A DNA stretch of 63,709 bases, the filler included, from Bigelowiella natans CCMP2755 (taxonomy: Eukaryota; Protista; Cercozoa): NCBI GenBank assembly GCA_000320545.1. It is 5 parts of 5 records of this genome, joined end to end, with 100 filler letters (N's around TTAATTAATTAA, not from the genome) between each part and the next. Parts side by side here need not be neighbours in the genome. Positions count along the whole stretch, not along the records: positions 30,975 to 57,666 come from ADNK01002228.1; 4 more parts are not named here. The stretch is one strand, 5' to 3'. The notes under the pieces were generated by a model that saw nothing but the letters and a program-made list of their open reading frames with translations, ran no database searches and was not told where the DNA came from. The stretch's first letter is position 1. Every line of letters begins with the position of its first letter. The translations under genes and the position numbers were made by a program. Of the stretch, positions 41,192-53,570 are shown one piece after another.

Positions 41192-44100
41192 TATATTCAT
41201 GTGTACCATCCGATTCTATTTTTTCCATGTAAATATGTAAAAGTGCACATTGTGTTCCTAAGCACCCATTCCAATACCCACCTCCTCAGATGCGCTCGAC
41301 GATGCTGGCGCCTTTGAATCACGCCCTGATCTCCGTGCGGTGGCGCGGTGTCGCTCGCTTGCTGGGTCTCCAATACTTTGCGCACTTCGCCAGTGAGTTG
41401 TCCTCGAAGATCCTTCTTCCAGAAGCTATGCAGCACTTGTCAATGGCACTGAGACAAGCGCGCATGCCCACGGAAACGACCGACCCTGTTGCGAAAGTCC
41501 ATTGCTGCTCCCAGCTCGACACGTGCGGTCAGCAGATCATGAGCGCGATTCGAGATACGTACTACTCGATAATTGCGTGCGTGGCCACGAAACCGTCGCT
41601 GTCACCCGAGTGCTGGATCTTGCTTGTGGACATGTGCAACGTCGAGTGTAGCATGGACGACTTGGTGTACCTCTCCCGCGTCGGCATCATCTCGATCATC
41701 CAGCAGTCATTCGTGGAGGCGCTGTTGGGACTGGTAGGCAAGGACTCCGCTGCGCTAGACATATTGAAGAGCAACCCGCACTACAACGAGTGCCTGCGCA
41801 TCAAAAACTCCTCCTCCTCCTCGAGTTCCGCATCTTCGGCTCTCTTCGAGGACCAACTGGTGACGACAATCGGGGGAGGCATTAAGCGACGCCAGTGGAA
41901 TGTGCGCGCGGCCTCTTGGGCCATGTCGAGATTGATTACGTATTTCTGCGTGCAGTTCGTCACAGAGGTCCCGCCGACGGAGAAAGACGAGAGTATTAGC
42001 CCGAAGAAGGCGCGCGTCCGGAAAATCCAGTCCTCCGTGTTTGAGATGATCTACGCTCAGATGGAGACGCTGCAGCAGCTTCGCAGAGAATCGGAGGCTC
42101 GGAAACTTGCTGCAGCTGCGGTGGGGGGCAAGGTGGCGGCCACAGTTGATGTTCTCAACTTGCCATTGAGAGAAGCCGACAGAAAGGAGGAGAAAGACGA
42201 GAAGGACAGCAAGGAGATAAAGGGAGCAGCAGTCAACTCGCCGCTGGCCAAAATGAGCCATGAAGAAAAGATTCTTGATGAGTTCTGGGCTGAGAACGAG
42301 GGCGGGGTCGTCATCGATTCGAAAAACGACGATGACGATAAAGGCATCATCTACTATCTCGGCACAGGAGGCGATGCCAAGAGGCCGTTCCAGAATCCTG
42401 CTGCCACGCAAGAAATTGAGGTGTCCTGTCCATTTATCCCGACAACGAAAGCGGATGCTACGGATATCACGGCTCGCAAACCATTCAACTACCGCACGGT
42501 GGCCACATCCAAGCCGTGTTTTTTCCTGGACTTCAAGGTCCACCAAATTTTGCCTTCTGCATACCGCCTGCAGTTCCACGCGCCTCCGTCCGATAAGAAA
42601 TCGGCGAAGGAGAAGCCGCTGCGAACCTGGACGCTGAGCGGCAGCTCAGACGGCGAATCGTGGGACAAACTCGACTTCCACACCGGTAGCGACGTGTTCC
42701 GGAGGAAGGCCGCCTACACATTCAAGCTGAAGAACGCGCAAACGACGCCGTACAACCGCTTCAAGCTCGAGTGCTCGGAGGACAAGGTGGAGTTCCACCT
42801 CCCCAGCTTCGAGATTTTCGGAGTCTTGGACCCGATCTACGAGGCGTCGATGCAGTTTGAAATGCAGGAGCAGGTCGACTGGTGGCAGCTCGCCGAGGGG
42901 CAGTTCGGCTGGCGAAAGGGCTCGTCAGATGCCAACTCAAGAAGGCCTTCCTCTATCACGATGGGCAGCAGTACGAGTGGACGCAATTCCTGGGCGGCTG
43001 CACGCGGCGCCAAGGTGTACACGGAAGGAAAGCACACTATCGAGCTTATGATCAACCAGATGAGCACGAATCTAAATAGCCGTGGACTCGAGGTTGGCCT
43101 TGCTGACCCCAGCACCCTGGCTCTCAACAACTCCTGCTACCTCACGCGACGCCAAGTTCGATCTTGGACTTACGCGTGTGGTTCTGGCCAGGCCTGGAAC
43201 GCTTCGAACGTGAGACAGCGACCGGCGAGCACATTTACCTGCCCGGTGGGAGGCAAGCTAACTATCAAGATGGACTTTGAGGAGAAGACCGTTTCGTTGG
43301 TTTGTGGGCAGCCACAAAATGAGATGAAGAACGTCTTCACCGACCTCAAGGGGCCAGTCTGCTTGGCTGTGGCAGGCTACGGTGCGAGCGGCGTTACGAT
43401 CTTGAAGCAGACGCTCTCCTCTTCCATGGGGGGGAGCAAGACCTACTCGCAAAGCGTAGACCCCTCCGTCTGGGTTGCCCGCACGCGGGATGCGAGTTTG
43501 ATCGAGTCATCGGTAAACTGGTATAGCAGCACGAAGGAGGACGTCGGGTTCCAAGGGCGTCCTTCGATGCCGACTTCTCTCCCCCTCCCAGCCGAGATCG
43601 ACTCGTTCTCCAACCAGCTTCTCTGGACCACGCTGCGCTGCTCGAAGTCTCCGGCGGTCAAGGCGATACTGAAAAGCAAGAAGTGGCTGGATATGCTTCT
43701 GGAGCTCTCCCGCTCCTCCAGCTCCAAGATTCGGCAGCTGCTGTCGATCCGCATCCTCCGGGACGTGCTGCCCCTTGTCGAGCCGTCGGATAAGATTCTG
43801 AGCGGAAAGGGACGCGGTCTCATTCTTGGCTTCATGGAGAGGATCGGCTACGCGTTCCTGTGGCAGCGAGGTATGGGCTTGGATGCTGCTGAAGGCGAAG
43901 GAAAGGAGGAAAAGGGCGCTGCTGGGAAATCGATGAAGGGTCCGAACCGACAAAGTCATCCAGACACCGAGCTCACGGTATCGTCGGAGCTGGGATCGCT
44001 CATCCGAAACGTAATGCAGCACTCGCATTGGAGGACCGCTATAAACGAGCTGCTGCGGGAAAACCTGGCGCAGCTGGAGGACATTGGCGCACTGCTAAAA

Positions 44101-47100
44101 GCCGAGATGGACGACGACTCCGACGGCCAAGAGGAAGAGGCTAAGGGGCAGAGGAATCTGAAGAAGCCGCAAGTTCTGAACACACTAGCCCGAATCGCGG
44201 GATGCTTAAACGTCCTATCCGGCCACAAAGAACCGAAGAGAGAGGGTTCGCGAGTAGTCATGGAAAGTGATGGGGAAGTACTCTCTGGAACAGTCGTCGA
44301 AATCACTGAAAGGGTGCCTAGTGAGGATGATGCCTCCAAGAGCACGAAGAAGAAGAAGAAGGGCGATACGGAGAAAGTGTACTCGATTCACTTCGATAAC
44401 GGCGACGATTATACAACCTCCGACGAGAGCTGCGTGGATTTCATTCCCGATGTGCCGCTCTCCATGGAGGCTCTAGAGGGCTTCCACAAGTCTCTCGAGG
44501 AAATGTCAAAGTTTATCGGGTCGACTTCGGAGGATTTTGCAGTCTCCGGGATGAGCTCTATGAAGCAGGTGTCTGCGTCGGCGTTGCTGCTGCACATCCG
44601 ATCGCAGGTTCTCAAGGCCATAAACTGCCTTGCCCAGCACCAGGCGTTTGGCCAGCAGCTGCTCCTCAACGACTTCGGCACGATCTTACGCAAGCTCGCG
44701 CTCTCGCAGTGCGGGTCCTTTGAAGACTTCAAGCACACCACCGTGTACAACCTGGAGAACCTCTCCCTCACCCTCTCCCGGCTGCACGAGGAGATGGAGC
44801 GCTCGCGGGAGGAGAAGCAGTGGGTGTGGCCGTTTTCGGAAGACCACGTTGACAAGCTCGATGCGCAGGGGATTCTATACTTCATCGGCACGCAGAGGTA
44901 CAAGAAAGGCTGGACGAACCCCGCGGACCTGGGCCTGGTTAGCGTCACCGCATCATCGCTCGAATCCGACTCTGAGCCTCCAAGCTCCATCGTCGGGCGC
45001 AAGGCTGTCCGGTGTGTCAGCAAGAACGTCCCCGACCAGTTCTTCATCATAGATTTGAAAACGCTGCGAGTCTGCCCCAGCCACTACCTGCTGCGGCACT
45101 ACGTCAGCGCGAATCAGGAAGCTTTGCGGAACTGGGACCTTCTCGGGTCCAACGACGGCCTCACGTGGACTCTGCTGAGCGCGCATTCGGACGACAATGC
45201 GCTGAAGAAGAAGGGAGGGTGCCACACGTGGCCTGTTGCCTCCGACGGGTGCTTCTACCAGATGTTCAAGATCCTCCAGAACGGCCCGAATAGTAACAAG
45301 ACCAACTATCTGGCGATCAGCGGGTTTGAGCTGTATGGCACCGTGCAGGAGAACGGCTCGATGCTGAAGCGGCCAAAGCGCCAGGGCGAGACGGACGTCC
45401 TCGAGCTAGACTCGGAGGACGGCGACGAGATGAGCGCGAGCGGCGGCGGCGGCGGCAGCGGCCAGTGGGGCTATCAGGGAGACGAGGTGTACTGCTGGGG
45501 CACTTCGAGCTACAACATGCTCCCGCAGGGCACCAACTCCGTCAGCACGCCGACGATCATCCCCCCCGACATGTTCAACGGAGAGAGGATCGCAATGGTC
45601 GCCTCCTTTTACCTGACCGTGATAGCGCTCACGGACACCGGCCGGGTGTACGCCTGGGGGTACGGCTACTACGGGTCCTGCGGCCTGGGGCACAACCAGA
45701 ACGTCCAAAAGCCCACCTTGGTGAAGGCTCTGGAGGAGGAGCGAATCGTGATGGTGTCTACGGGAGAAGGATTCACTGCCTGCGTGACCGAGGACGGGCG
45801 GCTGTTTACAATGGGCGATTCGAGCTATGGCCAGCACGGGGACGGGAACACTTCGCCGGCGCGCCACAAGCCTGTGCAAGTGACCGGCGTCTTGGCGGAT
45901 AAGAAAGTCGTCAGAGTGGGCACTGGCGGGTACCACATCATCGCGCAGTGCGACGATGGCGATGTCTACGCATGGGGGTACAACTACTACAAGCAGCTTG
46001 GCCTGGCGAACGCCAGCAGCAATTCGGTTCTCCGGCCGACGAAGAGCGAGATTCTCTCAGACCACGAGGTTGAGTGGGCGCAATGGGCGTGCGGCTATTT
46101 CCACTCCATGGCCCTAGATGCACAAGGCAACCTGTACACGTGGGGGACTTACAACAACTCAACCTACCCCGTGTGTGGGCACGGTGATACGGGGCCTACG
46201 GCCGTGCCAAAACGAGTCGAGTTCTTCGATGGGCAGGTTGTCAACAACATCTCTGCCGGACTATATAACTCCTTCGCGACGACAAACCAGGGACACGCGT
46301 ATGCGTGGGGCCGGAATCAGCACTATGCGTGTGGCCTTGGCGACTCCGGCGCGACGACGGGCGTGAAGCTGCCGTTCCGCTGTGTTGGTCTTGAAGACGA
46401 GCGAGTGTTGCGTATTCATGGAGGCAACAACCATTCTGCGTGCGTCTGTGAGAGCGGCGCTGTGTACACATGGGGCTACGGCACCTCCTTCCAGCTAGGC
46501 CTCCCCAATGATACTGCACATAAGAAGGCCCCTACTCGAGTACCAGACATGAGTGACAAAGGCTGCCAATGGTCTTGGGTGCTTGCTGGATATAACGTCA
46601 CATTCCTCGTGCGATCGACCAAAAAGCTGACTGTCGCAAAGAGGCCGATTCCATACCCCTTTGCGGACAAAACCGGGGGGGGGGGGGGCATTCCTCCCTA
46701 CCCTGATATGGCCTTCCTCTGCGGCACCTCTGAAGACTTCTTCGTAAAAGGCTCAAATGTTCTACGGGACTATGTCCGAGAGGAAGAGTTGCTTCCGGAG
46801 GCTCTCGCCGAGCAGAAATCTGAGGGTTCATTCTTCGCATCGATCTGCGACCCCGGAATCGTGAGCGACAACGTCGCGGAAGATGAGGACGCCTTGGTCG
46901 TTCATCGCGGGATCAAGTTGAAGACGTTCGCTCGTAAGAAACAATGGTTTGAAAAATCGTGCGTCTTGCAGCCAGAGGGCTCCACCACCTGCATTCTTCC
47001 GGCTTCTATCGGTTGTGCGGTGAAGATCCCGTTGAAGTCAAAAGAGGAGAGTAAGGAGGAAAAACACAAAGCGAACAAGAAACAGAGCGAGGAGAAGAGC

Positions 47101-50100
47101 AAGGCAGCAGCTGAAAAGGATGCCAAGGACGGCGCCGCGGGCGCGCCACCGGCAACAAAGAAAGATGCCGAATGGGAAGCTGAGGAAAGTGTGACATTGT
47201 GCAAATTGGCCCATGTTTCCGGCAACAGAGACTCCGAAAACATCTGGGTGATGTCCTATATTATGACCGACAAGGCATTGACGAGTCCGACCCTTTACAT
47301 CGTCGCTTCTAACAGCGAAGACCCTGAAGCAGTGACGGTGTACTCAACGAAACTCGTATCGCAAAAGCCGTACGGATCTCCAGGCACGTTCGCTCGCTTT
47401 TTGGTCGTTTCCGATGCCAAAAACGCCCGGGTTTCGGCCTACATCAACGGCTCTCTAGCTGGAAAGATCGATCTGCTGGAGGAGGGGAGCGACGCAAAAG
47501 TGATGACGAAAAAGAAGTCGGACGTCGCTTTCCCGAGTCTTCCTCAAGATTCGGTCACAGCTGAAAGTGGCGCAATAGTGAGCTTCGTGGAGGGATTTGA
47601 TGGCCATGTGCGTGATCTGACTCTGTGGCGTTTCGCTTTGGACGCAGACCTCGCTAAGAGGGCGCGTGGGGGGGTAGGGTTCTGCGCCGAGGACCTACGA
47701 ACTGATCTCGAGCGGAAAGACGCCATCCAGACGATCGACTTCCACTGTGATGACCATAAACTTCCTAAGAACGTCAGCCTGAACCTCGGCGAGCCCCAGT
47801 TCTGCCAGGTGAAGCACTTCGAGGCAAAGAATCGGGAAGGAAAGGAATGGGCTCTCAGCGTCGCCGAAAAGTCCGTCGTTCGCGTCACGCGAGCAGTCCA
47901 GCTCAAGAGGCCCAAGCTCAACGCCTGGACGCTAGTCTTAGATATGATGGTGGAGAAGCTTCCTGAGATGCAGCAAGCCGTTCTGAACTGCGACGTCGAG
48001 TGTGCCAGCGCGGCAGAGGTTTACATCAGTAGCGACGGACGCGTGCGCGCTCTCGGAAAGACTGCAGGGCGGAAATTGGCCATTTGCAAGCCGATGGTTT
48101 GGCATAGGTTCGTGGTCGTCTGCCGCTTGGACACAACTCAGAAAAAGTCCTTCCTTCGAGTATTCATCGACGGGAAGCCCGCTCTAGTGATCTTGGGAGA
48201 CGAGCAGCTCAAGCCGGGCGGCCGCTACGCGATGGACTCGGACTTCTTCTTATCTGGCGACGCCAACGACAAGCACAAGCTTCCGATAAACGTGCGAAGA
48301 ATCCAGCTGTGGCCGTCGAGCTTGAAGCCAGACCAGGTCCGGGGCTTTGGGGATGTGCTGCAACCGCTCTCGGCCAACATCCGACCTGCAGATCTGGTCG
48401 GCTCTCTGCGCCTGATGGGCTATCCGCGCCATTGGTGCGCAAAGGCGATTGAGGAGGCAGGGCTCAGCCGGAAAAAGGCCAGCGACTGGATCTTGGCGAA
48501 TAAGCCCAATCTAGAGCGCGACGATAAAGCGCGGGAGCACGAGAAAAAATCGTTCAATCTAAGCCTCACCGGGTACCCGGTGTCCTGGTGCTCCCGTGCG
48601 TTATCGGAGAGCGACGAGGACATGGCCGCGTCGCTCCTCTGGCTGCTTCAGCGCCAGCAAGAGCTAGCCGAGGAGGACAAGGAAATGTCCGAGGAAGATA
48701 AAGCCAAAGGAATCGAGGACGACAAGAAGGCGCGCAGAGCAACTCTGCGGTATGCGACTGAGAAGCCTTCCGGTACGCAACAGCTTTACCGTATGCTGAA
48801 GTCAACATCTGAGCCACTAGACATCGAATTGACCACGCTGATTCGGAGGGAGCCGGCCGAGCGCGTGACCACGTTTGACGCAACTTCGTCAGCGATGAGC
48901 GGTATCCGTACCGTGCTGCGATTGGACCATAGATTGCACAAAACTCTCTGCGTAATGTACGCGCGACAGGCCATCTTGACTCTACTGAGGAACTGGCCGA
49001 CGGATCTCCCCTTGAAGCTCGACCACATTGGGTCTCTCGACTTCGTCGGCAAGCTGATTCGGCTTGTCGATTTTACACGAATTGACGATGGCTTGAACAT
49101 TATCCGGAAGCCGCTGATGCAGATCTTGAATGAGGAGAGACGAAAGATCGACGGGGACGGCGAAGAGGGCGCAGCTGAAGCTGCCGAGGGAAAGGACGCA
49201 TCTCTTTTGGACACAAAATCTGGCAGCGAACCTGCATCGGCTGTGGTGTTTACCAAAGACGCTCCCTTATCGCAATACTTGGTGTCCCAAGGCCTGTATC
49301 ACCTCATAAAGATGTGCTGCGATCCAAAGATGGACGTTGAGAAGGTCGAGAAGGAAGAGAAGGTCTTGACGAGCTACAATGCTAGCTTGGTCGTCTGGAT
49401 CAACCATTGCTTCGTCGAGCTGGTGGAGAAGTTCGGCATGAAGCGCTATGGGCGCAGCGTGCTGTCCAAGCAAGTCGTGAATCTCATCTTCAAGAGCATT
49501 GCCGTTCTGACGGGAAGACTTCGCTTGTCATTCGTACAGCTCTTGACCACGCTCATCCGCCACGACGTTGACTACGATCTAGAGGCCTGCAACCTACTCA
49601 AGGACCTCCTCAACCGTTTGTACACAGAACAGCACCCGAGCAGGAGCTTCTCCCCCTTCTTCCAGGCGCTTCTGGAGCTGCTGCTCATCATCGAGAAGAA
49701 GCAGGAGACCTCGATGGTTTCGACGAATGTAGCAAGGCACTGGATGAGAAGAATCTTGAGGAGGCAGAGAATGATACCGCCACCTCGGACCCCAGAGAGT
49801 CCGGCAGCGTTCTCGGGGATGACGAAGATTTCGAGCGGCAGGATGATGAAACTCTCGATGATAATAACGGAGAGGATGAGGACAAGAGCGCAGCAGATAA
49901 CTCGCAGGCCGACCCCGCAACGGAGGGCGCAGGCAGCAGCGCAAAAGCTCCCGCCTCCCTCTCGTATGAATTTAAGCATGAGAGCAACCTTGACAGAAAA
50001 GGAATCGTGTATTTCGTCGGGTCCCGAGGTGGCGCTGAGCGGTGGGAGAATCCAGGGGAAACTGGGCATGTTTCTCTCGCGTATTCCTCGATGGACGCCA

Positions 50101-52899
50101 AGTGCCTCGCGGACGATTTCGAGGTGTTCAACCGCGACCCATATGCTCTGGGATTTTTGACGGACCCCGCAGATCCGAAGCCAACGTTCACTATGGATTT
50201 CCATCAACGAAGGATTGTGCCGTCGCACTATACGCTGCGACACGCTGCGCTCGATAAAGTAAACTGCATGCGGAACTGGCGTTTAGAGGCGTCTGACGAC
50301 GGAAAGCTGTGGGTTCCTCTGCGCATCCACGTCGATGATAAGAAGCTGGAGGCGCGAGGGTCGAGCCATACGTGGACAATTACTTTGAATCCGACGCTCA
50401 AAGGCCCCTTCTCGAAGTTCCGCATCGTGGGGACCGGCAACAACTCCTCCGGGAACTCGCAGCTATGCCTGAGCGGGTTCGAGGTCTACGGCCAAATGAC
50501 CACGCCGGCCTACACGCCGCTCTCTTTCAATATCTTCGACGCAAGCGACGACCTAGAGTTATCGGCTGATGGCGAGAACTGGGTCAAGTCGGTTGGGGGG
50601 GAGCCGGTGAAAAAGGCGAAAGCAGCGGCGAAGAGCGGCGAGAAGAAAACCAAGATCGCCAGGAGGAGCTTCCCGGACGACGCTCGGCCTACCGTCGTGC
50701 AGTCCACGAAGGGTCGCGTGCTCGCCTGCAAGGCCGTTCAGTCATTCTCCAAGGGAAAGCACTACTTTGCGTTCAAGATCCTCCGACTGAAGCCGGCAGA
50801 GAAGGTGAAAAAAACCAGTATGACGAAGAAGAAGGCCAAGACGGAGGTCACGGTCGGGATCGTGCCCAAGGATTTCAATGCAGCTGCTGCGCGGAATACA
50901 ATCGGTTCGCAGGGGGGTTGGGGCTACTCAAACATTGGCCAGAAGCTTCATGGCGGGAAGACGATGGCCTATGGCGGTCCCTTCAAGACGGGCGACGTCA
51001 TCGGCATCGAGCTGGATCTCGACTTCAAGAGCATACATTTCTACAGGAACAACGTGTCGCAGGGAGTCGCGTTCACGGATGTGGAGGGCTGTTCCGCCTA
51101 CATCCCTGCGGTGTCGCTCCACATGCAAGGCGTGCAAGTGCAGATTCTGGGCGAAATGCAGCAGCCAAAGACGAGGGATCCCGAGAATTGGCCGTGGTTC
51201 ACCAAGGTCATTCTCACCGGTAGGTTGATGCAGTCCTTCGTCGATCGAGAAAGGCACATGTTGCCGTGGGAGTTCCTGAAACAGGTAAACGTTACCATGG
51301 CGGCGCAGGGAATCGGGAGCGCGGAGAGGACCTGGCCAAAAGGACTCAAGGAGGAGGACGTCGACGAGAAGGCAAAGCTCCCGAAAGTCGAGGTGCGCGC
51401 ACTGACGGAATACATCGTCCAAGACCGCGAACGCTACGCCAGCATCACGAAGAAAAAGATCAAGTCCAAAAGCGTGAGGGTTGGCTACTTGCACCTCCTC
51501 CACGACGCAAAGCAGTTCTCCCTTCAGGCCGACGCGCAGCTCGTAGCATGTGTCGATCGGATCTGCGACAAGAAAAACCTATCGGCCAATATTGCCAAGT
51601 TTCCGGCGAAGACTTTTGAGCCCGGGCCGCATTTGATGCACTACAAACTGATCGAGGACTGCAAGACGTCCGACCTGCAGGTGCGGCTGCTGATCTTGCA
51701 GATTCTCAACCTCAAGATCTCCAACATGCTGCCGATGCTCAACTTCTCCGTGAAGCCGGGGATGTCTCCGCTCACCGACAGCGTGCGCGCGCTGCGGACG
51801 CTGATCTTCTGGTCGACGAAGTCCGAGATGTGGAGCAGCGCGCTGGAAGCCACGCAGACTACGGGGTCCTTCGGCACCATCAACATCAACCGATTCCGGG
51901 CAAACAAACTCCGCGACAAGGGTAAGTGCGACACGAAGGGCAAGCGATCGTGCTTCGCGCAGCTCTTCCGGCAGCTGAACAAGCGCGAAGTGGCCAACTA
52001 CCGCATTGGAAAGGGCGTGAGGGCCTGGCGCACTAAATTCCTCGGGGAGGGGGGCATTGACGCCGGGGGACTGTATCGTGAGCTTATCTACTGCCTTTGC
52101 AAAGAGCTGCAATCGCAACAACTTCCGCTGTTCATTCTTTGTCCGAATGGCCGGGAGCAGATCGGGCAGAATAGGGACAAATGGGTGCCGAATCCTTCGA
52201 GCACGTCGCCGCTTTACCTCGCGATGTACGAGTTCCTGGGGAAGCTGATGGGGCTTGCAATCCGGACTCTCTCTCTGCTCAATCTCGATCTGCCCTCGAT
52301 CGTGTGGAAGGCGCTTATCGGTAGTGGCGATTGTTTCATCCCATCCTCTATTTTTTTCCTAAAACTTGTTCTTTCTCTTTTTTGCCATTTTATTCGGTCG
52401 TATTCCTGCTCGAAAACACGCGCGGACACCTGCCGTACCATTGCCATGCCCATTTCTGCCGCATTCCATGCGGTATTTTCCAGCTCGCGCGCCAGGACAG
52501 CACACGCCGAGCGCAGTAGGCGAGTCGCGCTGAGACAATGCTACTATTCGTGATTGTGTTCTACAGGCGCCGAGATCGAGGTCCAGGACGTGATCGACAT
52601 CGATCGCCTAAGCTTCAAGCTAATCGAGAACATGCGCTCTATGGAGCCCCGCACGGTGGAATTCCAAGCCGGATTTCCCGTCGCCAAGCTAAAATTTGAT
52701 GCTGGTCTGCGGCTCAGCGAAGAAGTGCCTGATCTGATGTTGAAGAAGGGGATGCGGATAATCGCGATTCAGGGTGATTCCGTCGCGACGAAGGAAGACG
52801 CGGAAGCGAAACTGCAGGCCATTTCCTCCTCCAGCGGACCGTGGAGTGTGACCTTTGCAGGAAGGGTAATAACACTTTCTCTCTCTTTCAGCGTCCTTT

Positions 52900-52933
<34 letters not shown>

Positions 52934-53525
52934 CAAATACAGTGCGCGTGTTCGCTCGCGCGCGCGCGCGTGTGTGTGTGTGTGTGTGTGTGCGTGTGAG
53001 TGTTTAATATATAAGGGGAAATTTTATGACTGCGTTTTAAAAGCGGATGTCGTTTTTGGTTTGATTTCGTTGTGTGAGGCATCGGAGTATATCTTTTCCT
53101 GGTGATCAACTTGATTTCCACTCAGGTCACACCAGAGCAGTTTAACATGGCCTTTTCCGACACGAAGTTCGTCATCGTCGGCAGCGATCAGAAGGAGCGC
53201 GAGCTTATTCCAGGCATGTGATTTAATGTGAATAGTAATTGAAGTACAAGGGCTTCAATATCTGAAATCATCATACGTGTTTTCGCATTTGTGTGTATGT
53301 GCGTGTGCGTGTAGTTGTCGGCATTCATAACTTGTTTGTGAAATGTCTATTGGTTGGTGCGGTGGTCTCTTTCTTTCGACTGTACGCAGGAGGCCGACGA
53401 AGGGCATTGCAGTGGGAAACTAGGAGGGAGTTCTGCGACCATATCGTTGCATATAGGAAGTCAGAGTTTAAGCAACAATGCGCAGCAATGCGACGAGGTG
53501 ATTTGATTATGTGTGAGAGCGCGAG

Positions 53526-53570
<45 letters not shown>

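Noticed and set aside
49960-50065. Canonical -1 ribosomal slippery heptamer (G AAT TTA ~49968; GGGGAAAC ~50055)
   Set aside because: The first is imperfect, the second is out of register, and both lie downstream of where the -1 frame already looks coding. No X XXY YYZ at 49690-49740.
49701-50160. Met/Arg-rich tail of the 2956-aa ORF as a genuine overlapping protein
   Set aside because: It is the expected stop-poor shadow of GAT/GAG-rich acidic codons in the neighbouring frame and has no motif of its own.
41319-52453. Many 60-270 aa antisense or alternate-frame ORFs within the giant exon
   Set aside because: Typical shadows of a GC-rich coding strand; no recognisable domains.
52321-53105. 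ORF 50007-52553 tail and ORF 52554-53105 as separate proteins
   Set aside because: Intron read-through; splice sites at 52320/52567 and 52865/53126 rebuild the HECT domain.
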